From NCBI RefSeq assembly GCF_026210795.1, contig NC_089431.1, positions 2,170,001 to 2,234,000 on the forward strand: DNA of 64,000 nucleotides, in the 5' to 3' direction. This document shows positions 52,926 to 64,000 of this stretch, piece after piece. Positions within the stretch are counted from its first letter, which is position 1. Every line of letters starts with the position of its first letter. This DNA is from Rhizophagus irregularis. Taxonomy: Eukaryota. The notes below the pieces were generated by a model. It saw only the letters and a list, made by a program, of their open reading frames with translations. It had not been told where the DNA came from and searched no databases. The position numbers and the translations under genes were made by a program.

Positions 52926-54626
52926 CAATTTATTAATTTTTAATAGGTTATATAAATCATTGATTGAAAAAAACAAACTCATATTATCCAAAATACTAGA
53001 TTTTTTGATAGGAATAACAAAAAAAAATGAGTCATAACAATAAAGAAAAGAGAATATGTGAATAAAAAAAGGAAAAAAAATGAGGGGAAATGAAAAAAAT
53101 AGAGTGAGTGAAAGGAAATGAAAGAAACAAAGGAGGATTGAAGAAGGAATGAAATGAAGTAAAGGGGAAGTGAAAAAAACAAAAGGAGCGAAAAAGATCA
53201 AGTGAAAATGAAAAAAAATGAAAAAATGAAGGAGAGACGAAATGGAGCAAAGGGAAATAAAAAGAATAAAAGGTAGTGTAAATGAATAAAAAAGATAAAA
53301 TGGAAATGGAATAAAACAAAAGGAATAAAGGGTAGTGTAAAGAAACAAAAGAGATGAAGTAAAAACAAAACAAAAATGAAAGGAACGAACAGAAAATAAA
53401 GAACAACAGAAAAAACAAAAAAGGGAAAAATAAAAAAGCAAAAAAAATGAAGAAACGAAAAAGAATAAAAAATGGAGAAGAAATGAAAATGAGATAAACA
53501 GGGGACCAAGTAAAAATCAAACCCATAAAATAAAAGAAAAAATAAAGTTAGGTAGGAAACAGAAATTACATGTAATAAATAAACGAAAACAAAAAAATAA
53601 AACATACTTTAGTAGTTGCAGAGAAGAACTGAAAGATCTAAAAAGAGTGAAATACAAAATGTAAGAAATGAAATATAAGAATGAAATAAAAAATAAGAAA
53701 CAGCCTAGTGCTGGACATATATACCTTAATTGCAAAGCCAAAAGAGCTAAAGGACTTAAAAAAATGAAATAAAGTTAGTAGGAAACAAAATGCAAGAAGC
53801 AAATAAAAAAAAAGAAAGAAAACGTACTTTGAGTCATGTAAAGTTAGGTTTAAAATACTTAAAAGAAAAAAAAAGATTATTCAAAAGATGCTTAAAAAAA
53901 AAATAACAAAGATAAAAATGATCAGCACATTAATTAGCCAATAAAATTTAAATGAGGTAATATCACCGGGTAAATTATATAAAAATATATAAAATTATCA
54001 GGTTAAATCACCCTAGGTGAAAAATTGCTAAATCACTCTGGGTGAAAATAGTTATAATCTTAAAAAAAATATAAAAAATAAAAATGCAAAATATGAATTT
54101 TAATTATTATTTATTATTATTTTTATATAAAATTACAGAATATGCAGTATTGTTATATTTGAAATATGATTCAGTGTAAAATAAATGCTAAATTGTTCTT
54201 TATAGAAAATTTGCAAAAAAATTAATATTTAAAAAAATTCAGTATAAAAAAAATTGTTATAAAGTAATTCATTTTATATATAAAGTTTACACAATCTACT
54301 TTGTTATATGTTATATAGCATTTAATTAGTAAAATTTGATATAACAAGATTTTTTTAATATGTAAAATTCTGAATCACAGTAAAAATCCATTATACTAAA
54401 AAATTTGTTACATTAAAATTTGTTATAAAGTAAGCTGACTATATATAAAATGAATTAAATTTAAACTATATCAAAATATTACAGTATATTATACCAATTT
54501 GGCATTATATATACTGATGTAATACTAATGTAATTATTTTCATATAAATTTTTAAATAAAAATTTAATATAATAAAAAAAATAAATTAAATTATAAAATT
54601 TTTTAAGACTTTTGCTAACTTATTAT

Positions 54627-55380
54627 CCCTTAAACTGTTTTGCGGGCAAATTTGCCCGCAATTTCTAAATTAGAATAAATGACGCTATAAAAAATTCTTT
54701 AATTTTGGCCAGATCATCACATAATTTTGCAGCCAAATTGATCTACATTCTGGCCATAAATTGTATAAGTTAGATATACAGTTAATCATTAAAATTGGAT
54801 TAGAAATTAACCCGTAAAAATAGTATCAGAATTTTTATATAATAAAATTTAAACTTTTTTTACCATATTTTTTCTTTATTTGAATATTTATTATAACTTT
54901 TTATTTTTATTATAAAAATTTTGCATTATAATAAACAAAATAGAGATAAAAAAAATCAATTATTATGAATATATAATTAAAATGCATAATAAAATTTTCA
55001 TTAAAGTTCTATATAAAGTCAAAATCCTACTTTTAAATATCAAAAATCATATTAACAAAAGTCGTTTCTCATACCAAATTCTACATATTCTATTAAGCTT
55101 TTATATAGCTACAAATAATTATCAATGAAATCGTCAAAGTTAAGTGCAAAGTTTTTTAAAATTTTGTGATTATCTTAAAATACAACTTTTGACCAATGGG
55201 TAATTTTCGATTTTCTAATATATAATTAATAAATGATAATAATTGCTGCACAATATATAATTTAAACTATTTTGGAAAAAAATTTTATTAAAATTGCTTT
55301 ATTTTTTATAAAATTAGATGAGAGCTGAAATTTGGTAAAATTGCGGGCAAATTTGCCCGCAATTGCTTACAGTTTAAGGG
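54627..55380. mobile_element. piggyBac-like MITE
   Basis: CCCTTAAACTG...CAGTTTAAGGG; the palindrome TTGCGGGCAAATTTGCCCGCAA lies just inside both ends; flanks are TTAT/ATAA rather than TTAA. Confidence 0.7.
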
Positions 55381-55693
55381 ATAATAAAATTATGTAATTT
55401 ATATTATTTCTAAAACTATATTTATTATATAATACAGACTGTTTTATATATATTATATATATATATATATAAGCTTTATATTGTACTGTATAGATTTTAT
55501 TTCAATTAATTATATAGGTTGTACAGTATAGTTTATTTATTTATCTAGTAATACTAATTATTTATTATACTAAATGATTCCTCCTTATTTTTAACTTTAT
55601 TACTAATTTTATAAAATAAGAAATTTTAAACATATAACTTTCAGTTAAATTTTGGAATAAATTTTAATTGAATTTAATTTCAATTTAACTTAA

Positions 55694-58600
55694 TTGCCGA
55701 TCTGCATGTGATCGATAGAATAAATATAGTAAATTTTGGCGTTATGTTTAATAATAAAAAAAAACTCGTCTAGAAATCTCTTTTTCCCCATAATAAATAA
55801 ATATCAAAATCTCATATTACTCCAGGAAAACTTGTTGCAACTGGCAGTATTGTGCCAGAACTTCATTATGGTCCATATTTACGCGATTGGTAGATATTTT
55901 CTAAAGAAACAGCCCAAGACAAACATTATCCTATTCCTTTACGCCTAGGACTTGAAGTTATGATTCAACTTAATAATAATCCATTTATTATTCGTATAGT
56001 TCGTAATGTCCATAGTTTTTTACAGCCTGGTTATATATGTGAAGGAAGAGGACAAAGTAGTGGTATTAGTACAAGTGCTTCTGCAGCTATTACTTCTGTT
56101 TATCAATCTATCTTTGGCAGTAAAACGAAATATGCAGGACTTTCTTATTTAGGTTTAGACCAACCTGAAACAGCTCAAAAATTATTAGAAGGAATTACAT
56201 TTCGTCCTTTTATTATTGAATTAGAAAATATAACAGTTTTTGTTAGTTGTCTTGGTAAAATTACAATATCAAATACAAATAAAGTTGGACATAATTATGC
56301 GGCATCATTATTTCATAAATATAGAAGAAGTACAATCAGTTTTTTATCAGCATATTGATAAAAATTTTTTTGTAATTACAATTTACCAAAACAGTCAAAT
56401 TGTTGCTGAATACAAAGACATTTCACCTAATGCTGTTTGGAATAAAACTGGGGTTTTAACGTCTATTTTAGGTGATACTTTATTCGTTATAAATCATTCT
56501 ATAACTTTAGATAAAATAAACCAAGCACGTCAAGAACTTGGTTCATGCCAATTACCTAATCAATGCATGCTTACAGATTGGAATAATGAGATAATAATGG
56601 AACATTTATATGAGTTGTATTTAAAAAGAAATATTAGAAGATCAGTTGAATGGCGTCAAGTGTTTCAAAATTGGATGCAACAAAAGAGTCATATTATTGA
56701 ATTATATACTCATTTTTGCGAAATATATGATTTGGATTATAAATTTCAAGAAAGAGAATTACATGCATGGCGTATGATGCTTCGTGCTACAGGATGTACA
56801 AATATCACTCCGTATAATAAAGATGTTTCTTGTGTAAGTATAAATACATATTTGATGTAATTATATTGATATTAAAAAATTGTATAATTAATATTATGCA
56901 TATTTATAGAATGAGTTTTGGACAAATGTGCCTGATCCTGAAAAAGATCGTAAAACAATTGCTAAATTATATGAAGAAGGTCTTTTGAATGTAAATTCAC
57001 AAGCTGATACATTATGGAACTGTTTTCGTAATAGCTATAATGCAAATTCTAAAGGAATAGATGGAAAAATGCGTATATTATCAATAATTGCTGAAAATTT
57101 TACATATAAAGAAATAATTGAGCAATTAGAGGTAATGTAAAATGCAAAATTCTGATGAAGTATAAAAAATATGCGTATAATAACTTACCTCTCACTATTA
57201 TTATAGGTTTCACCTAATTCAGTTAGCATGGCACGAAAACATTCCAGAATTAATGGACCTGGATGCCCCGCGTTAGAAAAACCAGTTATTGTTCGTTCAA
57301 AAATGTCTGAAGTTAAAGAAAAAGAATTCCAACTGTTTTTTGCAGATAAAGCAAACGTAAATATGAGTTCCTATAAAATGGATGCAAAAACACAAATGCC
57401 GGTACTTTACCTGAAAGACCAAAAAAGTGCTCTTTGGGAAAAATTTTCTGCCACTTATCCTAAATTGGAATGAAACGTACTTCTTTTATGTTCCTGCTTA
57501 CAAAACAGCCGTTTCAAATATAGAAAGATTTAGGAGTTATGTATTACATGTAATGATTATGGCTATCAACCTTTTGAAAATTTGATTGAATTGGTAACCA
57601 TAAATTTTTCTAATAAAATTCAAAGGGTTAGTATTAGTTTAATTTTAATATTTTTGTTAATCTAATCATACTTACATATAATTTCATTGTAGGATCAGTT
57701 AATTCATAAATTAGAATGTTTACGTCGTCATTTAAAGAGAAATTATGAAAGGGAGTTATTTGTAAATAAAGATGGTACAGCAGATCATGTAGATTGTATT
57801 AATCATTGTTTATTATTTGCATTCGGAGAATGCATGCATCAACATGTTTCACGATGCCAAGAATGTGACGAGATTTTCACTTTATTTAAGGATCTTACTA
57901 ATCGTCTTGATCCCATCCACCATCCTAAACTCTTAGAATATCAAGAACAACTAGTGTGTTATTTAGCACATCAAACCACCCGTAAAGCATATCTAAATCT
58001 CGAATTTAATTCTACCTTACGTCAATTAGATAATTATGGTGCTATTATAGTAGTTGATTACAAAATGCGGATTTTGCCTGCAACATCTCGAGAAACTAAA
58101 AGTGAATTCTTTGGGAAGCGTGGGTGAGACCTCCATACCACTCTGGTGTTTCAAAAAAACAAAAATAATTATGAAGAATTAGATGTCAAGAAAACATGAT
58201 CATTGGAGTGCCGATACGAAAGCAAGATCTTTGGTTTACGACGTCTTGTTTTGAATCGGTATTCGCAGAATGGATGCATAAACCACTTTGGGTTAAGATT
58301 ATTTCAGATAATGGAGGACATTATCGCAAGCTCTGAATTAATGACAATTATTAGTCGCTGGTATGACTGGTATAATATAGAAGTCCGTGGATGGATTTTT
58401 CTTGAACCAGGGGAGGCGAAGACAACTGTTGACTCCCATCATGCAACAGTAAGTATATATTTGATTATTGTTTTTTTATATTTTTTCTGATTTTAAGTCA
58501 AATTATTACAGATAGCGCATGCTATAAAAAGGTATATTAGGGTTGGATGTGATCTTACCGAAGGGGAAAATATTGAGACTGCACTTCAAGATCTAAGTGG

Positions 58601-60421
58601 AACATCGGTATCACATATAGAACCAAACCGAAATATAGAGATATTAGTAGATCAAGAAAATTCGGGGTAAGTGTATTTTCATTAAAACAATAAAATTTAT
58701 AGAGTTATAGAACAATAGATTTATAGAATAATAATTGATTATAGAACAATAGATTTATAGTATAATAATTGATTATAGAACAATAGATTATAGAACAATA
58801 TATATTTATAATTAGTTACACGCTTGTGTTTGTGATCATGCTTGCGATCAATGCTGTAAATTTTATTTTGAAATTTTTTTGTAAAAAAAAATGTTTATCG
58901 GTAATCATCAATAAAAAAATATAACAACGTGAAGAAAAAAATAAGGTTATCGGTAATCATAAATAAAAAAATATAACAATGTTTAGTAAAAAAAACAATG
59001 AGGTTATCGGTAATCATAAATAAAAAATATTACACAAAAGTTAAAAAAAATAATAGGACGAACTAATTAGTCAAAACTATCTAAAAAGTATCTGATATAG
59101 TTGAAAAAATGTAAAATGAAAAATATAGGACGTTAATAAGTCCTGAAAAAATCATAAAAAAAAAATTCAATATACATATTCTTGACCATAATAGGAATAA
59201 CCAAAAATCAAAAAACACTAATGAAAAAAAACCTAAAACTATACCTGGCATCTCAAAATGGTTCGAGTGGAACTGGCCAATAACAGGTCAATTTGCTGGA
59301 TATATTCGTGCGCGCTCTCTTCCCCATATTGGCAAATGGAATGATTTCTCTCCTGCGCAAATTGATAATCTCTATAGTACAGTCCGACCATCTCCAACCG
59401 CCTCAGATCCAACTAAATCAAGCACCCCTTGGATAATGCCAATTCCCAAAAAAACAGGTTATATAAACTCATATTTCATTGCTAACAATCTTAAAATCAT
59501 GATAAACAAATAATTATCTATTCAGATAGGAGGATAAATGAAATTAATGAAGATAACGAAATAACAAAGGAAATCACAGCAGAAAACAATAAATCAGGTA
59601 GTAAATATACTAAAAAAAATAGTTACAACATACCAATTATACTAATACTATATACGTTGTGCGAAACTGTAGGGTAAATATCATTACGAATATATTTGTT
59701 TTATTCTAGGAACGCTAAAATACTAAATAACAAAATTCATAGTCTTTGATCAAGAATTTCCTCTTTCAGCAATGGATGGGCCTTACTTTTGTTAAAACCT
59801 AAAACTTGGTAATAAGCAAGTGGAGGGAAAACGTATATCAAAAAAAGTTGTTCAGTATTTACAAGGATTTTTTTTAATGGAAATCTAAAAGAGGCAGATC
59901 GTTATTCACCCTGAAAATATGCATACCTGCTTAAAAATTGTTGAAGAAGAGAATATTGAAGAAATACCAACAGTGAAAACTATCAAGGGGTGGATAGGAA
60001 GGTATAGTGCTAATTTCAAGAAGGAAGCATCAGAAAAAACGCTGGTAGAAAACATGGAAAATAGCCAAAGCATAACAGCTGTTGAAGGTAGTACTAGGCC
60101 TAATAAACGCCAAAAAAAAGGTTAAAAACCCTTTATTAGGTATTTTGTCAAAACAGAAATTAGCAGGCTATACCAATAAACTATTATGAAATCTTCTTTT
60201 CCCCTATATAAAACTTCATAAGCTGTGATATAATAACTTTTTTTTTTAGCGAATTTGAATTTTTAAGATCCCTGTCGCACAATAATTGTTGTAAATTACG
60301 CAATTGTATAACATATAATCATTGTTTTATTGTAATACAAATTGATGATCGACATCGTTATATATGAAAATTGCGCCACATTTTACTATGGAAATTCTAT
60401 CAATCACATGCAGATCGGCAA
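55694..60421 (+). mobile_element. Sola3-like DNA transposon
   Basis: 28-bp TIR TTGCCGATCTGCATGTGAT(C/T)GATAGAAT; TTAA at 55690-55693 and 60422-60425. Confidence 0.85.
55780..60125 (+). pseudogene. Sola3-like DDD transposase, many introns, frameshifted as assembled
   Basis: VDYKMRILP..RETKSEFFGKRG; FSDNGGHY; FLEPGEAKTTVDSHHA; Cys/His cluster upstream. Start approximate. Confidence 0.75.
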
Positions 60422-60456
60422 TTAATTTTAATATGATTTATATATATATATATATA

Positions 60457-60935
60457 TATTGTGCCTCAGATCGATTCTTGCCTCAGATTGAAGTTTACAC
60501 AGTTCAGGTTGAGATTGTTACCTGACACATCTTATTTGAATCATGCAATAAAGTCTGTTATAAGTAAACTTTTTTTTCTCATTAATTAAACCACTTTTTG
60601 TAACATATTCAAACCTATGTACCATAATGAGTTACATGTTTTCTGAAATTTTTATGTAAATCTGATTTATATTGAAGTTTATACTTGTGTTTTATCTGAA
60701 AAATCATTAAATTTTAAGTCATTTTCAAATGAAAAGATTTTTATGAGTATGATTCCAACTATTCTGAAATTTTAGGATTGTATACTTAAAATTATGATGA
60801 ATAAATTTACTTAGTACTTAAAAATACATTAAAGTTGGAAAATTTGATGTTTAATTATAGCTCATTTTATTAGCAATTGAGGTGCACCAGGTGATCTGAG
60901 GTGTGAGCTTCAATCTGAAGCACTGAGACACAACA
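60457..60935. mobile_element. MITE with T(G/A)TTG...CAACA ends inserted in a (TA)n tract
   Basis: TATTGTGCCTCAG / CTGAGACACAACA; second inverted block CAGATTGAAG / CTTCAATCTG; TA runs on both sides. Confidence 0.75.
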
Positions 60936-61606
60936 TATATATATATATATTTTTACTTTTGAATTTTTAATTTTTTAAAATTCTGATCATTATATAAACT
61001 CAATTTCTGAAATTTATTATTACTGTATTAAACAATTAACATGTAAAATTTAATAAAAAATTTATGTAAAACTTAATAAAAAGTAATAACTTGCCATATT
61101 TTAATTAATAAAGTAAAAAATAAAAATTTATTATTATTTTAGTTAATTTTAATAAATATTAAATTTTCTATTGGCAGAATTTATGAAAAAAAAAACAAAC
61201 AGATATAACAACCTACAGTATTTTATAATAAGGAAATATTATATGTAAAGTAATTATCATTGATCAATCACGACACAATTTTTATTTTATTTTATTTTTG
61301 TTTATTTTAAAATGAATTGCAAAAGTATGACAAATATAAAATATATTAATGTTTTTAAATTAAATAATTAAATTCATTATTAAAGGATCTGCCGTTAAAA
61401 TACCAATTTAAAGATCTGTCAATTATAAATAATATCCGGAAATTGCGACGGTTGTATTATATAATTTTCATGTGATTATCATCAATCTGTTTGGAATAAA
61501 ATAAATAAAATATGAAATTCACGAGTATTTTTTGAAATCATATGAAATCTCGGTATAGATAAATAAACGAGATTTTTATTGTAAGAATCCAAACTATATT
61601 TCAAAA

Positions 61607-64000
61607 ATGTGGAGAGCTCTCAATAGGAAGCGCATAGGCTATGCTAGTTTTGCGGCAATTACAGGAGGAGGCTATTATCTTTATAATAAAGCTATAGTTA
61701 AAAGGCGCCCACAGCCATATCAACAACGCCTTGCTACCATTTCACCGGAACTTTTTATGTCAGAAACGTATACAGACGCGTCGAACACGATTCAACTTGA
61801 AGGTCTATCAGATAGGCCACATACTTTATGGACCCCTCCTTCAAGAAAGGAAATGTTAAATATGCTCAATAATGGTGAAAGTAAGGAACCACCTTTTGAT
61901 ATTTTGATTATAGGTGGTGGAGCCACTGGGTCAGGCACAGCTCTTGATGCTGCTACAAGGGGGCTGAAAGTTGCCTTAGTGGAAAGAGACGACTTTGCTT
62001 CTGGAACTTCCTCTCGGTCTACAAAACTTGTTCATGGTGGTGTTCGATATTTAGAGAAAGCCATAAAGGAATTAGATTATGAACAATTCAAGCTTGTAAA
62101 AGAGGCACTTCATGAACGTGCCACATTTTTACATATTGCGCCATATATAAGTTATCAATTGCCAATTATGTTGCCTATATACAAGTATGATTTAACGATC
62201 TTTTTTGAAAAAATTTTTTAATCGTTTAAACCGGATTGAATTCACAATAATATTACTCATTGATTAAGGTGGTGGCAAGTCCCGTATTTTTGGATTGGTT
62301 CGAAATGCTATGATATGCTTGCTGGCAGAGAAGCTGTGGAAAGTTCATACTTTCTGACACGTGGCAAAGCACTTGAAGTTTTTCCATGGTTGAATAAAGA
62401 CAAGCTAGTTGCTGCAATGGTTTATTATGACGGTTCGTAAAATAATAGCTCAATTACTCAGAGTAATTGTTCTATGTTCCTAACTTCAATAAGAAATTGA
62501 TATTTTTCGCTGCAGTGTCCGCGTAATCGGTAGATCATTGATGTCCATTCAACCTACCTTCATTCAGGTCAACATAACGATGCACGTATGAATGTAGCAA
62601 TTGCTTTAACTGCAATTTCACTTGGTGCCGTCGTTGCTAATCATGTGGAAGTGAAAAAGTTGGCGAAAAATGAAGAAGGCAAAGTTAGTGGTGCATATGT
62701 AAAAGACACTCTAACCGGAGAAGAATGGCTAATAAGAGCAAAAGGGGTCATAAATGCTACTGGTGCATTTACAGGTAGGTTTATCCTAATTTATCATTTT
62801 TATCTTTAATGATTTCTCAGGTTATAATTATAAAATATAATGAATAAGTTTAGTCATTACAATATAATTCACTATGAATTATATTTACGTTAGATTTCAA
62901 ATATATGGCAAAAGTTAACATTTAGCGCCAAAGGCGATTGAATAATAAGAAAGTTTAAACGATTCATGATTGACATTTGGAGGTGCGTCAGCTATCAACT
63001 GACGCAAATCGTCTCCTAAGGCAAGACATATACAAACAAAAAAAAATCTGATCAAATTTTTTTTTTAAAAAATTTCAGACAGTATTCGTTCAATGGATGA
63101 CCCCAGAAATGAAAATATTGTTGCACCTTCTTCTGGAGTACATGTTACTTTACCCAATTATTATAGTCCCCGAAAAATGGGCATGATTGATCCATCAACG
63201 TCTGATGGAAGAGTTATTTTTTTTTTGCCTTGGGAAGGAAATACTATTGCTGGTACAACTGATTCACCTACAGAACTAACATATAACCCAATGCCGAAAG
63301 AAGAAGAAATACAATGGATATTGGACGAAATTAAGCGATATCTAAGTCCGGGTATATGTTATTTTAATAGTAATTTAAAAAATTTTCGTTTCTTCTATTT
63401 CATCAAAGTCTTTACATAATTTTATTTCAATTGTAGATATTAAGGTTCGTCGGGGTGATGTTTTAGCTGCATGGTCGGGAATAAGACCTTTAGTACGCGA
63501 TCCTTATGCAAAAAACACTTCAGAGTTAGTACGAAGTCACATGATTTACGTTAGTAATTCTAATTTAATTACTATTGCTGGTGGTAAATGGACAACTTAT
63601 CGCGCCATGGCTAAAGAAACGGTTGACAAAGCTATTGAGATATTGGGTAAGCAAATATATATAATATATGATATTTGTTTGTTTGTTTCCTTTTTTATTT
63701 TTGTAACTATAATACCGAAACTCTCATTTTCATGTGTTGTGAAGGATTAAAGCCTCAAAACGAGTGTCTTACAGAAAAAGCTAGACTTATTGGCTCGCAT
63801 GGGTATTCAAAAACTATGTTTATTAAGCTTATTCAGCAATTTGGATTGGAAACTGAAGTAAGTTTCATGTTACAATGTAAATAAATAATTAAGTTTGAAA
63901 TTATAATATTTCTTGCTTTATATAGACCGCTCAACATTTAGTGAATAGCTATGGGGATCGCGCTTGGGCAGTTGCCGCATTATCTAAACCTACAGGCAAA
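61607..64000 (+). CDS. GUT2: Mitochondrial FAD-dependent glycerol-3-phosphate dehydrogenase, multi-exon, 3' end beyond window
   Basis: DILIIGGGATGSG.ALDAATRGL; GTSSRSTKLVHGGVRYL; YDGQHNDARMN; INATG; DGRVIFFLPW; AWSGIRPL; AGGKWTTYR. Confidence 0.97.

Noticed and set aside
52866..53741. Phe-rich membrane-protein ORFs (also 39195-39599, 21657-21957, 18268-18572)
   Set aside because: Artefacts of purine/pyrimidine-skewed low-complexity DNA, open in several frames at once.
62890..63055. TPP or c-di-GMP riboswitch, SECIS, or self-splicing intron remnant
   Set aside because: No TPP CUGAGA core; the GGCAAA/GACGCAAA spacing does not fit; the location is intronic rather than 3'UTR; no convincing group I/II core motifs.

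Overview
AT-rich, intron-rich eukaryotic DNA, most consistent with a fungus of the Glomeromycota/Mucoromycota type (inference from composition, short introns and gene content). About two thirds is nested transposable-element sequence. It holds two families of non-LTR retrotransposons (RRM-type ORF1; APE, with RT and RNase H visible in the complete copy), arranged divergently and head-to-tail. It also holds a truncated CACTA/EnSpm element and a 14.5-kb CAT-ended element carrying a Myb/SANT-like gene, which hosts a Plavaka-transposase element, which in turn hosts a Zator element. A Sola3-like element, hAT remnants and at least eight MITEs with readable ends complete the set. There are three host genes: a class I histone deacetylase (-), complex I subunit NDUFS7/PSST (-) and mitochondrial glycerol-3-phosphate dehydrogenase GUT2 (+, runs off the window). 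A 200-N gap is flanked by a probable false duplication. Most notable observations: (i) at two of three LINE heads a tail-less 3' end sits directly upstream of the 5' end, and all three heads carry a branch point/acceptor just before ORF1, suggesting a self-stacking pseudo-LTR strategy; (ii) a palindrome-with-asymmetric-spacer module shared by unrelated non-autonomous elements; (iii) readable ends and a palindromic target for a Plavaka element. All family assignments come from recalled motifs, not database searches.
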